Shown: piece by piece, positions 39,001-52,006 of the stretch | How positions within the stretch are numbered: position 1 is the stretch's first letter | Layout: every line of letters begins with the position of its first letter | Source of the DNA: Mustelus asterias | Lineage: Eukaryota | Length of the DNA stretch: 64,000 bases | Direction: 5' to 3' | Assembly: GCF_964213995.1 (NCBI RefSeq) | Contig: NC_135815.1 | Coordinates: 71,858,001-71,922,000, forward strand | The notes under the pieces: model-generated | Told to the model about the DNA's origin: nothing | The model's input: the letters and a program-made list of their open reading frames with translations, nothing else | Databases searched by the model: none | Made by a program: the position numbers and the translations under genes

Positions 39001-39625
39001 CTCAGCAGCCTTGATCACATCTACCCTATTCATGTAGTATTAGCCTCACCCCCTTTCCTGACTTTCACTAAATCAACAACCCCCTAGTCACCACATTTCA
39101 TGCCAAGCCATCACACCTGCTATAACATTGTCATTTTTTATACTGTGATTTCTGTTGGAGGATGCACATTCTTAGTTGTAAGTTACTTCTCGAAACAATA
39201 GCATTCATTAGTAGATATTCCCACATTTATTAAGCATATGATAATTAATACTAACAATAATTAAACACATGCTTAACCTATGGAAAAGGAACGTGCATGT
39301 TTTTTAATGAGAGAAACAACACTTTAACAGCACAATTGCCAGTTATTGTTGTTCGCCATCCCATGATTTATCACGATAATTCCGGATTCCATTCCTACTC
39401 TGATTTTTCTCTGTGATCTCATAACATTGTCTAACATGGTCCAAATGATGGATTCTATGCGCTGAACATCAACATTAAACATAAAATATTCACCTGAATC
39501 ATCCGAAATAGACATTAGATAGGATTATACTTCAGCAAAACTAGTCATGTTCTTTTGTAAAGGATCAATTAAAAGAACTTGAACATTTGGTGCGGTTTTC
39601 TCAAAAGAAAATGTATGCCTTATAG

Positions 39626-39778
39626 GTTTCGGAAAAAGGAACAAGAAAACCTGAAAATCAGAAAACAGAAATACGAGAATTCCACGTCAAGTCTCCTGTT
39701 CATCTAAGAAGCAGAAGTGGAACTCCAACCGGACGGAAAACACCCTTCCAGGATAGATCAACGCCTGATCCAGAGTTG
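39626..39778 (+). CDS. Host exon, RSRSxTP repeat module 2, 153 bp, phase 0 to 0
   Basis: ccttatag|GTTTCG...GAGTTG|gtaagc; VSEKGTRKPENQKTEIREFHVKSPVHLRSRSGTPTGRKTPFQDRSTPDPEL. Confidence 0.78.
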
Positions 39779-40276
39779 GTAAGCACTATCAGAAAGATGG
39801 TTATCAATGGAAATAAAATCAGGCATTTTCTAAAACAGATGGGTAATTACTCTTAAATTATTGCTTGTTTGCTTTATGAAGAAGCAAATCTGTTGTGTTG
39901 TTGGCGATTGCAGGTGAGGCAAATGGCGTTTGGGAATTGGTAATAGTATGGGAATTGCTTCTGGGATTCTGGAAGTGAGCTCTAAGGAAGATACACAGTG
40001 CATAGAAAATATATTGAGGATTTGTGTGGATGGAATAGGTGGAGTAGGTGGAGTACTCAATGGGTGGGATTTTACGGCCTCGCTCGAGTGAGACTGGAAA
40101 TTCCAGCCCGAGGTCAGCGGACATTTTCGTTGTTCGCCCCTCACGCACTCTGATTCCGTGGTGCGTGGGGCGGTAGAATTCCAGTGAATATCTGAGAGAA
40201 TAGGGAGTAGTGTGAATAGTATTTGGGACAATGAATAATCATGAAGGTATCAACTTTGTAAAGTTTCGAAGTCTGA

Positions 40277-41992
40277 ATGATGAGGGAAGACCCAAACAGC
40301 TTTCATTGTTCTCAACCTTTAAATTAGGCATCCAATAGGTTCAAATACAACATTTGCATTAAACCAACCATGGTTTATTTCCATTGTCTGGGAAGAAATG
40401 TCGAAATAAGCTGTATATTGATCGGGGTCAATTTGGGAAACTCTGATATAAACTGGTACCAGCAAAAATCTGAGAGTGCTCCTTGATATATTCTGCACCA
40501 TAATACTGTAACTAAGCAGGAGTTCCAGTACGCCAGTTTGATTCTTTAGAAGGAGTAACGAATCGACCAATACTAGATATTTGTCAAACAATGACGAGAC
40601 AGGTACAGGAAAGAGATAGAGAATCTGGTGAACTGGTGCGACGACAATCATCTCTCCCTCAATGTCAACAAAATGAAGGAGATAGTCATCGACTTCAGGA
40701 ATCGTACCGCAGGGCATGCCTCCATCTACATCAATGGGGACAAGGTAGAAATGGTCGAGAGCTTCAGGTTTTTACGTGTCCAGATCTCCAACAATCTGTC
40801 CTGGTCCCTCCATGCAGACGCTATAGTTAAGAAAGCCCACCAAATCCTCTACTTTCTCAGGAGGCTAAGGAAATTTGGCATGTCCACTACAACTCTCACC
40901 AACCTCTACAGATGCACCATAGAAAGCAGCCTTTCCAGTTGTATCACAGCTCAGTATGACTCCTGCTCTGTCCAAGAAACTGCAAAGAGCCGTGAATGAA
41001 GCCTAGCCCATCATTCAAACCAGCCTCCCGTCCATTGACACTTCACTTCTCTCTGCCTCGGAAAAGCAGTCAGCATAATCAAGGACCCCACGCACCCCAG
41101 ACATACTCTCTTCCACCTTCTTCCGTCGGGAAAAAGATACAGAAGTCTCAGATCACGTACCAACCGACTCAAAAACAGCTTCTTTCCTGCTGCCATCAGA
41201 CTTTTGAATGGACCTACCTTGCACTAAGTTGATCTTTCTCTACATCCTAACTATGACTGTAACACTACTTTCTGCACTCTCTCCTTTCCTTCTCTATGTA
41301 TGGTATGCTTTGTATAGCACGCAAGAAACAATATTTTTCACTGTATACTACCAATACATGTGACAATAATAAATCACATAAATCACATCAAATTAACCAT
41401 TAGCCAGGTACAATCGGAGGATGAGGCCAAATGCTACTGTGCAGTATGAATTTCTTCCACCAGATTGTATATTTTCGGGACTGGGAATGGCTCAGACCCG
41501 GGAGTTGTCCCATCCTTCGGTATGCCTTCTCCCACAGGCGCCCAATCAGATCTCCGCAGTAAAAACAGTGAGACTGGTGTGTTTGGTGAATAGTTTCTTT
41601 CCCGATTCTGTGCAAGTTTCGTGGAGCGCAGATGGCAGGACCACGGAAACTGGCTTCCAGACAACAGGGGCAGTGCGGGATATCGAGAAGACGTACCTGA
41701 CTCTAATCGCCACCAAGTGGAACTGACACAAAGTGCATACCTGCAGGGTTACACGCGTGTTTCTGGGGTCTCAACTTCAGAAAAGCATCAAGAGACCAAG
41801 ATGTGTGTGAAAGAGAAAACTCACCTTATTCAGTGCAAATTCTGGGTATCCGAACAACTGGCAATGAATAGGATTTTGATATATCTTTCTTTGTAATCTT
41901 ATAACTGATTTATTAAATGCGTCACAAACTGATGCTGTATAATCGATTTAAAATATTGTTGAATAAAGTCACATTTCATCAGCAAAAAAAAA
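40277..41992 (+). pseudogene. Processed pseudogene of a joined V-J-C immunoglobulin light-chain mRNA (lambda-like), interrupted by a Rex1/Babar LINE
   Basis: V 5' part: FALNQP..GRNVEISC..LGNSDINWYQQKSESAP*YIL..STNTRY (about 40353-40581). V 3' part, CDR3 and J: LTISQVQSEDEAKCYCAV*ISSTRLYIFGTG (41393-41485). C1 domain with no J-C intron: PSVCLLP..TVRLVCLVNSFFPDSVQVSW..WN*HKVHTCRVT..KSIKRPRCV* (stop 41808-41810). AATAAA 41962-41967 and A9 41984-41992. Confidence 0.9.
40582..41392 (+). mobile_element. 5'-truncated Rex1/Babar-type non-LTR retrotransposon
   Basis: ORF 40628..40999 LSLNVNKMKEIVIDFR..VESFRFL..LSWSLHADAIVKKAHQILYFLRRLRKFGMS..YRCTIES; 3' end aataaatcacataaatcacatcaaa. Confidence 0.8.
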
Positions 41993-42496
41993 TCAGTTGG
42001 AACAAGGTGATTAATGGTGGAGAGAACTGTTTGTTTTCGGGGAAAGTATAGTTAGTATGGTTGTCATGACTTGTTGAAGGGATGGAATACTGAGGAAGAG
42101 GACAGCTGAGAGGAGGTTTGTGTAGCAGATTAAAGACATAGTGAGCATTTGGGGGTCAATGGGTAATTGGGGAACCAAATAGTTTGGAGATGGGCAGTGG
42201 GTATTTAGAATGCTGTAAGGTAGTAACGGACATTGGGGAGAAAGAGAGTTGGAAGTAAAGTTTACAATAGGAAAGATTACAATTTGAAATAAATATAAAT
42301 TTGGAAAAGATGATTCACATGGACGATTGGACATGAAAAAGTGTGAGTGTTGTTTGAGCCTAAGCCATGAATACCGAATGGATGATCCATCTTAGCTCCC
42401 TCTTGAGGTCCCAAGCATAACATATGCTAGTATTCAGCCAATTAAATTTGCTCCACTAATATTGAGAAACGACTGAAGGCACTGCCTACAGCAAAG

Positions 42497-42720
42497 GTGG
42501 TGGACCCTGAGATCCAAATCTTTATCAAAATCCTGCAACTATTGCATGATGATATGACTGCAACTGTCTTCCATGGGAGATTTGAAATAGATGCCTTCAA
42601 AATCATGGTGTCAAGTAAGGGAATCAAAATATTGATAGCTCCAATACTATTTATAATCTACCTGACAGAGGCTATTCACCTCATCAAAGATTAATTGCCC
42701 TTCGCTGTGTCATGATCTCA
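42497..42720 (+). mobile_element. RTE-clade RT fragment
   Basis: FIKILQLLHDDMTATV..DAFKI..IAPILFIIYL. Confidence 0.55.
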
Positions 42721-43589
42721 CAGACCAAGGTGGCTAGCCCCAATTTAGTTATTATACATTCCACATTCAAATTCATTGGAATGGAGTCAATCTATCTGCA
42801 AAATCCATCAAAGACAATGGCTTCAGGAGGGAGGAGGGGGTGCACAAACCCCAAAACAACCCACCTTCCCAACCCTTCAAGCACCACATGCCACACGTGC
42901 TAGTCTGTAGATCGTACATTGAACTTATCAACCATCTCAGAACCCAACTGAAGTGGAAGAAAGTAATCTTCAATCCTGAGGGAATATCTAAGAAGAGGAC
43001 TGAAACAGTCTGTGCCCATGTGTAGCAAAGCCTGGCGTGTGGGCTTGGAATGATAAATAATAAGTACCATTTATAAAACACAAATGTCAGGAAATGGCCA
43101 TCTCCAAAAGTAGGGAATCTTACCATTTTCCCTTGATATCCACTGGCATTCCCATTTCTGAATCCCCCATAATCAACATCCTGGAGGTTATCATTGACCA
43201 GAAACATAATAGGACCAGCTTAGAAATACAGTGACAATAAGAGCAGGTCAGATGCTGAGAATTCTGTGGTGAGCAATTCACTGCCTGGCTCCCAAATATT
43301 GTGCACCGTCTACAAGGCAGACGTCAGGAGCATGATGAAAGAGTTTTCACTTTCCTGGCTAAGTTCAATGCCAACAACACTCAAGAAACTTGACACTATC
43401 CAAGACAAAGCAATCCATTTGGTCAACATGTCATCCACCACTTTAAATAATTATTCCCTCCACCATTGACACACAGAAGCAGCAGTGTGTACCATCTACA
43501 ACTCATTATGGCTCCTTCAACAGTACTTTCCAAACTGGTGACCTCTACCACCTATAAGGATAAGGGCAACACAGACATGGGAACATCAC

Positions 43590-44200
43590 CACAGAACAAA
43601 GAACAATACAGCACAGGAACAGGCCCTTCGGCCCTCCAAGCCCATGCCGCTCCCTGGTCCAAACTAGACCATTCTTTTGTATCCCTCCATTCCCACTCCG
43701 TTCATGTGGCTATCTAGATAAGTCTTAAACGTTCCCAGTGTGTCCGCCTCCACCACCTTGCCTGGCAGCGCATTCCAGGCCCCCACCAACCTCTGTGTAA
43801 AATATGTCCTTCTGATATCTGTGTTAAACCTCCCCCCCCTTCACCTTGAACCTATGACCCCTCGTGAACGTTACCACCAACCTGGGGAAAAGCTTCCCAC
43901 CGTTCACCCTATCTATGCCTTTCATAATTTTATACACCTCTATTAAGTCTCCCCTCATCCTCCGTCTTTCCAGGGGGACCAACCCCAGTTTACTTAATCT
44001 CTCCTCATAACTAAGCCCCTCCATACCAGGCAACATCCTGGTAAACCTCCTCTGTACTCTCTCCAAAGCCTCCACGTCCTTCTGGTAGTGTGGCGACCAG
44101 AACTGGACGCAGTATTCCAAATGCGGCCGAACCAACGTTCTATACATCTGCAACGCCAGACCCCAACTTTTATACTCTATGCCCCGTCCTATAAAGGCAA
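43590..44200 (-). mobile_element. CR1 3' fragment
   Basis: ORF 43824..44153 VRPHLEYCVQFWSPH. Confidence 0.8.
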
Positions 44201-47200
44201 AGTTCTCTACAAATCACACTCTATCCGGACTTGGAACTATATTGCAAGTCCTTCACAGTCGTTGGGTCAAAAACCTGGAAATCCCTTCCTAGCAGCATTT
44301 TGTAAGTGAAGTAATTTTTGCACTACCAGCAAAAGACCTACCCTCATACCAAATCTATAAACCATCCAAATAAACGGGAATGTCCCTATACCAACTTCCT
44401 CCGCCAACTAGTGCCCCCACACCTGCCCCCACACCAATCCAATAAATACTACCCGAATCCACACCACGACATCCAGCTCACCACAACATAAAACACCCAC
44501 AAAGAATAAAAAGTCACTCCATCCCACCAACTCCGGGAGCCCTCTCACCCCATCCACCCTAACAGGCACACATGGGAGACGAAAGCACCAAGACAGGGGA
44601 GGACAACAAATCACCCTTCAACTAACAACCTACCCACCAACATCCCTATCAGGAAACCCCCAGGACCTTTTCTTTCCCACTGGCTGACCTCTTGCCCCCC
44701 ATCCCCCCAGTAGCCCACCTACTACCCCCTCAGTAGTCCACCCACTAACAAAACCTTCACACCCCCCCAACCCCAAAAAAACAGAATCTGATTCAGCAAC
44801 AGACACAAAACCTCCCCAACCAGTAAACCTCCAAAAACAACTCTCCAACACACACACCACTTGGACATCCATCACAGCCCCCAGGAACACGTAAGGCCCC
44901 AACCTAGCAGCTCCCTCCTCCCAACACACACCACCTCAACAACCAGCTCCCCCTTGTGGACAGAGAAAGAATGGCTACAACAATGATTTAACAACAATAA
45001 TGGCAATAGTGGCTTTAAAATGGCTATTCTGGCTGAGAACGAAGCATGCTTGGAATTTTGGTCAACTTATAGATTAAAACCAGATGCAGGTTATAAAGAG
45101 GCTCTGATCTGGAAGCTGTGATCTGAAGCTTCCTGGGTTGGTCAGATCAGGGAAGTTGTTTACATTAACTGAGACATCGTGGCTCTGATTTTTATGGCTG
45201 CTATGTATGGGACATTTAAAATAAACTAAGCGTCATGGCTTCGTTCAAAAGTAATTTCACTGAATGTTCGAGTCATGTGATCGATTTCTGGTTACACAGT
45301 TGGCTGGATGACAGAGAATCTTCTGGAAGCAAGTGGAGAATTATGGATAAAAGACACATGAGTTCTTTGTTAGGTAGCGATAACTTGGAAGAAACCAACC
45401 ATCGCAACAAAGCTTGTATCCTGAAGAATGCTTCAGAGAGAAGAAGATTGATTCTACATTGAGGATATTTCTCGGCCAAGGTTTTCCTAACTCAGTAGTA
45501 CCTATTTGCAGTTAAATAGTTAAAATTTATGTTCAGCTAGAGTTAAAGTGCAGTTTAAGAGTTAAAGTTCAGTTGAAAGTTGATGTTCAATTAGAGTTAA
45601 AGTTCAGTAAAGAGTTAATGAGTTGCAACTGTTTATGTTCGAGTTGGTACTAGAAGTGTTAAATACAGAAATAATTGAATTACTGTCCTTGTTTGTCTCT
45701 TTAAACTGGAATGCTTGGAAAGGGTTTAAATTAAAGATGTATAATACCCCCCAATCACCTTAAATACGACAGAAGCAGACCATCACCATGTTTTCCTTTG
45801 TTCTTTCTTCTCCCCCCCCCCCCCCCCACATACTCTTCCTCTCTTCCTCTTCTGGGGTACCCCCCACGCACCACCCCACACAAGAAAAACTAACACGAAT
45901 TATAATATATAATTTTCAAGAAGAAAAAGGCCCAGGAGGCAAGAAGGCAACAAGCCACAAGATAAGGGCAAGGCATCATAGAAGCAACAAGGGTTGGACG
46001 TGAGCCGATGGAAAAGTGGCAGAGCATGAAGAAAAGGGGACATGTCCTCTCTCTGTCCAACCCCAAAAATCTATCCTGACTTGGAACTATATTGTAAGTT
46101 CTTTACAGTCGTTGGGTCAAAAACCTGGAACTCTCTTCCTAGGAGCATTTCGGGTGTACATAGGTCAAATATGGATTACAGGGGTTCAAGAAGGTGGATC
46201 ACCATTACTCTCAAACTCAATTTGGGATGGGCAATAAATGCTGGCCTTGTCAGCGATACATCCCAGGAAAGAAAGAAGAGTATGGAAGATGCCAAGGAAT
46301 TTCAAGGAGAGAGAGTCTGAATCAGACAGATTTAAGCAAAGAGAAATGAAGAGAAGGATCTATAGAGAGAAAACAGCACGACCAAAGTGATAATGAAGCC
46401 CTGAAAGATGGAGAGGGTGAAGGCCAAATTGGATGAAAATCTATACATAAATAGAAGCAATGGGACTCATTTTTCTGGGCACTATGAGTGCCATTTTGGA
46501 TGCAACTTGGTGCTTGGAGTGCACATTTAGAAAATGATAATAAAATCAAGCAGAGTTACGACGTGTTTATGAAAGAGAAATCAGGCTAGAATTTTATTCC
46601 CGAGGCCAGTAGTTTGTGTTGGGAAATTTTCCGGCTTAGCGTACCCGCCTCAGGAAAAAGTGCTCCAATGGTGCAATTTTCCCCTGGATGGTGGATGCAG
46701 GATGGAGCTGCCCCCCCCCCCCCCCCTCCCCCCCATCCTCCATCAATCCCCAGGCGCAGAATGGAGGCGGCCACAAGAACTGGTTAAAAGATTCCCTGGG
46801 ACTTCGACTCATTTGTTTTATTAGTGGTGTTGTACAGATGACCCACAAGACTATCTTGGATACTTGCACTAAAGGTTGAAAATTGGAGTATTCAAGTCCC
46901 AACTGAGCTTGCAGCTGCTCCAATGGAGTCTGACTCATATTTACAACAGGAGTTCAGCAGAACGGCTGACTAATTTTGGGGCCATTATTAAATAAATAGA
47001 AAATTTGGTTATGTAAAGCTATGGCCAGGTTTTCCGGCTCCCCCACACGTTCTTTCCAGCAGCAGAGGCAGCTCGTCATTGGCCATCAGTGAGATCTTCC
47101 AATCTCGCCAAGGTCTATGGTGTTTTGCATGGCTCGCTCATCCTGCCGCTAGGGACTCCAGCACAGGGGGTCACCTTTGGCAGGACCGGAAGACCCTACC

Positions 47201-47624
47201 AGCAGGAAGGACCAGAAACGCCTGCCCAGTTTGGCAGAGGTGGTATCACCATCAGCTATTTTGATGTGGAGTGATAGGACACAAGTTCAATTCCATGCTT
47301 TTCTGCACACCAATCCTTGATTTTGATTCCGGTAAGAAGGAAGTGCTAAGTGGAGAGGAGGCATATCCTTATAGAAAATGAGAGAAACTCTGGAGTGAGT
47401 CAGGCCAAGTTGACCTGGCATCAGGATTAAGAGCAGTCATATTAGGTTCTTGGGTAGAGGTAACTCCTTGTTTTCTTAGCTAATAACGTTGCATGGTGTG
47501 GCGAAAGGAAGGAAGAATTGTAGTAAAATAATGTAAAGGGCAGAGAGAGAAAAATCCAGTTAACTAGAATGTCTATCACATAAAACACTTCCTCTTTAAA
47601 TTAGGTTATGCTCATCTGTTCTAG

Positions 47625-47736
47625 AGTATTCTGCGATGCACTTCAAATCATCAAAGGGGACAAGAAAGGAAGTCGCCTGCACCAAACTTAAATCTAAGTG
47701 TGTTTCACAGAACAAATTCTACTAGCCATATAAGGG
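47625..47736 (+). CDS. Probable host exon, 112 bp, phase 0 to 1
   Basis: ctgttctag|AGTATT...AGGG|gtaaga; open frame SILRCTSNHQRGQERKSPAPNLNLSVFHRTNSTSHIR; phase fits both neighbours. Confidence 0.62.
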
Positions 47737-47918
47737 GTAAGACCTCATAACTTTCAGAAAGGTTTGTTGTTGACTTTTGGGTGATGAGTTTCTGGTAATC
47801 ACAGACTTATCTCTAGTTACGACAGAGTACTGTGAATCAGATAATTGTGATTTAAAAAGATTTACTCCCTTTGTTATATTTTTTGTCAAACTTGGTCCAG
47901 TTTAAAATCTCTTTTCAG

Positions 47919-47968
47919 ACTGTGAACCAATGAGTTCTGCAAATTCCTGCTTCTCGGAAAAGATAAAG
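47919..47968 (+). CDS. Probable host exon, 50 bp, phase 1 to 0
   Basis: ctcttttcag|ACTGT...ATAAAG|gtaacg; (D)CEPMSSANSCFSEKIK; restores phase 0. Confidence 0.62.
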
Positions 47969-50900
47969 GTAACGAAATGATGAAGCATGTATTTAATATG
48001 ATACATCTGGATGACTACTTGGGACGGCACTTTTGTGCCTTCAGGAACTATCATGTCTACATCCTATTTCCCTCTGCTAAAATTGCTGACTTTTCAAAAA
48101 CAAAATATTCCTAAGATGCAGGCAATGCTGACAAAGCCACACTTATTGCCCATCTCTAGTTATTCAGAGAAGAGGATGAGCATTAAGAGCCAATGAGACT
48201 AGGGTCATGTGTAGGCCAGACTCAGGCAACAGTTTCCCTTTTCTGAAGGACATTAGTGATGAGTAGATTTTAATGATAATCTTCATGGGCATTTTATATG
48301 GTACTCTTCCAAAAATTTGCAGTAATTGAACTTAACCTCATGACTTAACATCATTGGAATTTGAATGTATGACTTAGAGTCATTATGGCTTAGAAGGAGG
48401 TTATTCAACCCATAGAATTCATGCTGGCTTTCTGCAGGGGAATGCAGTCAATCTTATTCTCCCAGTGTAGCTACATAACATTTGTGTTGCTAGTCTTGAA
48501 ATTAAAATGGGGACTGAAAATGAAGACACAGATCATGTTCACTGCCCTACTGGGAGTGTGTGGACAGAAAAATTGGAGCTCTTATCTTGCCTATATTCTG
48601 CACTTTTGACATCTCTCATATTGCATCCATTCCACTGTTGATTGTGTTTTTTTTTGGTTTGAGCACCAGTGAACTACTTTGTGACTGGATTTCTGAGTGG
48701 TCTACACTTCCTTCATGCTCTTCACATTCCTTTACTGGTGATCATGGTGGGTCTTTTAAACTGTCCAAAGTTTGTCTTGGACAAAGGAGTCTTGGCCGCT
48801 TATCTGATCATTTGAATAATGGAGAAGCATCACTGTTTGTATGGTGATATTAGCAAGGAGCTGCATCTTCTATGGAGGGGCAATCAGAATCAGTTGCCAC
48901 TCTGCTCCTAATTCTTTAACATGAAATCCAGCCACTCTTTTCTTACCCAATATTCCAACTCAAGCCAAGCAAGAACAGTGCAGGGCAGTAGATTTCCTGG
49001 AACTTGTGTTGAGTGCAGCTGAGTCAGCGATAAGGGAGACACACCCCTTTTTATGGCAATCACTGCCATAAAGCAGTTTAACGGTCCAGCCACATTGCAA
49101 AACCCAGGAGAAGGAAAGTCTCCAAGGCAAGTAGGTAGAATTGGGGGAGGAGTTGGAGAGGGTGGTCACTGCTGAGGGGTTTAGTTACTGGGGGGTGGGG
49201 GGGTGTCAGTGGGAGAGTTGTCAGTGAAAGAGATCGGGTGGTTTGAGAAGTGGTCAGTGGGGGAGGATAGTTAGTGGGAGAGTGGTCAGTGGTGAGGTCA
49301 GATTGTCACGGGAGTTGTCAGCGAGAGGGGTGTGACAAGAATAGTTGGGGGGATGCATGGACATTCAAGGGGGTTGGTCAGGCAGGGGTAGTCGGGGGAG
49401 TGTAGATTAGGCAATCAGTAGATAGGAGATAGTCAGGGTCCTGTGAGGGTTGAGATAACCAGAGGGATTGCTTGGGATGTCAAGGGGTAATTGTGGGGTC
49501 CCATGCAGTTGTTACATGGGTACTTCAAGGTTTTGGGGGGTGGACGGGAATCTTTGGGATATCGCCCAGTTGCGACTTCCTGGAGCCCAGATGTGATGGG
49601 CAAAGTCTTTGGTTGGCCTGGGTTGGGATTTCCCATAGGTCTTCAAAATAGATGCCCAGGCACACTTTATCCTTGTCTGATTGGATGGCATTGCCATGTT
49701 GTTGGAGCTGGATCCCCATGGGAGATTTGGAATGGGGCACCCTTGTTATTGATGGAGCTGCTGGCTGAGTCTGGTGAAGGGATTGGATTACAGTCATCAA
49801 TGTTTTGAGTTATTCTGCATGAAAGTAGCTCTATTCTACAGGTGATTAACTTCATTGAAAATCCTGTTTCAAAGAAGGCAGAAAGGTTGAAAACTACCAA
49901 ATTCTGAAAACTGAAGCTTAGCTCTGCCTTTGACTATTATCATCTCTTTAATCTTAATTTTTTTTTCACCCAGATCACAAAATTTATTGGATGATCCATG
50001 TCCAGATACATGCGACAACATTTTTATGATCCTGCCCAGCGTTGGGTTCACCTTAATGGCTCATTTTTAGATCAAGTTAATGGAAATTTTAAAGTTGCAG
50101 ATGTTGATCTGTAAAGTTTCTCTAATTTTAATGGGCATTTTCTATCATGGATTACACACATTATCTGAGCAGACAGGTTCTTGCAGACACATGTCTCAAG
50201 CTTGTTAATGTGATGTTCTGTCGAGTGTTTGAAATTCATGCTTCTCTGATGTTTCAAATCGCTGTTGAGACATTTTCATGTCTTTTTTATAATTCTGAAT
50301 GTAGCATGTTATAATCATTGTCATTTGCCACTTGAGGGTCTGGTTCTGAAAATGTTACCTGCTATGGGTTGAAACACTTTTGGACTTTAGCTACCCATGG
50401 ACAGTTTGCATTTGGCAGGATTGAAGGTTCTGGATGTTGGTACCTCAGTAAACTCTGTTGATTATGCAGTTGGTTTTTCATCTGTGGTCGTGGAGGTCAC
50501 GCATCCCACTTTGGAACAATATCAGGAATTGATAGCTGCTTGATGCATCCATGCCCTTGGCCACTCCATAGTGTAGGAAGCTCAGATAGCCCCAGGTGCT
50601 GGTCTTTGGAAGAAAGCTTCAGTCACAGATTTGAGAGATTGATCGAGGTACAGCTGAGGACGAGTTTTGCTTCTCCTCTAATTTGCCCATTTGGTTTCCA
50701 ATTTGAGGAGATGGTCAGGCTTCAGGTCCATCACCTATAACCCTGCAGTACTTTGTGCCTTCTCTTAATACCAGATTGGTTCTTTCCTTCAATGCTGAAT
50801 CTGCCATTTGAGTGCTACTTGTTCATAGTACTTCCTGCCATGTCTGTATAGGAGACAGCTCTTGCTGAAGGTTAGTGCCTTATTTTATTCCTAGCTATTT

Positions 50901-51910
50901 GCTTCAAAGCGAAATCTACTGACTGGACTTAGCAATTCAGCGCTTCTTGCTTGAAGTGTGATGTGGGGCCTCTCTTTAAAGCAGGAAGCAATCCTTTCAT
51001 GTAAATGCTCCCTTTCCCCAGCCTGGCAGATCAGCTGCTTGTTCCAATGCTGAATCAGTTGGCAAGATTTCAAAGGTCGAGCACTTCTTCTTTAAAGCTT
51101 CAGTGGGGGTCTTGGACTAGAAACAAGAGCTAACAGAGCTGTGGGAAGCAGCTGGGTGCCTGCACGTCTGCCACTGACACAAGCCCTGTACTTATCAACA
51201 ATTATGATCACTTACAAGAAAAGTAGGTCCTTTTACCCAAAAGTAAGATACTGCAGATACTGGAAATCTAAAATTAAAAATATGCTTGAAGTACCCATCA
51301 AGTAAGGAAAAAGAAATAGAGGTAACGATTTAGGTTAGTGAGCTTACATCAAAACTGAGAAGGCGAGAAAACAAGAACTCTTCCCTCTTTCAAGATGGAG
51401 CAGGATAGCAGGGTAAGTTAAGTACTCCATGAGGTACTAAGATTATTGGATGCGGAACTAAGGCCTTTCTCTTGTACTGTAGGAGACAATGGACAGTAAG
51501 AAGTCTCACAACACCAGGTTAAAGTCCAACAGGTTTATTTGATAGCAAATTTGGTAGCAAAAAGGAGACAAAGGAGACAGTGCTCTGACTTTATTGTCTT
51601 TTAAGTTTAGAAGTGAGGGGATCTGATTTTATTATGCACTCTTTCCTTTTCACTCACCCCATCCCAGATGATCCAGCAGCATTCAGGAAATGTAAAGGAG
51701 AAGTTAGCTCTTTCCATTCAATGGTGCAACATACTATTGAGCATAGGGTTTGAATTGTATATCTATATCTGTCAAACTCACTTAGATACGCAGCTGTCCA
51801 AACATCAAATATTTGATATATACATGGAAACTATGCTGAAAGGTGTAAATGTCTTCTCTAATTACAATATAAGATGTTAATCACCTCCTCTAATTGTTTT
51901 AGGTGTTCAG

Positions 51911-52006
51911 TCTTCTAATTCATGTAGCTCAGAGGATAATTCCTGCATGCATTTGCAAACAACAGAGCACGTGTCCAGGTCCCAGAGAAATGCTACTAAA
52001 CTACAG
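51911..52006 (+). CDS. Possible host exon (start could be 51903 or 51911)
   Basis: Strong donor CTACAG|gtaact; SSNSCSSEDNSCMHLQTTEHVSRSQRNATKLQ. Starting at 51911 keeps phase 0-0; starting at 51903 needs an unidentified phase-1 exon upstream. Confidence 0.45.

Noticed and set aside
40277-40340. Confident spliced leader peptide and TSD for the retrocopy
   Set aside because: GKTQTAFIVLNL*IRHPIGSNT is in frame with V and leader-like, but it has a stop and an out-of-frame ATG, and atag|gt could be an intron acceptor. No TSD is recognisable, so the 5' boundary is approximate.
40352-40359. ATTTGCAT octamer as an Ig promoter element
   Set aside because: It lies inside V FR1 coding sequence (TFAL), not upstream of the leader.
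41421-41726. Functional Ig constant-region exon or secreted Ig-domain gene
   Set aside because: In-frame stop before the second Cys, a short deletion near KTY/LTL, a frameshift in J and stops in V; it is part of a pseudogene.
51668-51747. Additional host exon after a strong pyrimidine tract
   Set aside because: No donor gives a phase clearly compatible with neighbours and there is no homology support; left unresolved.
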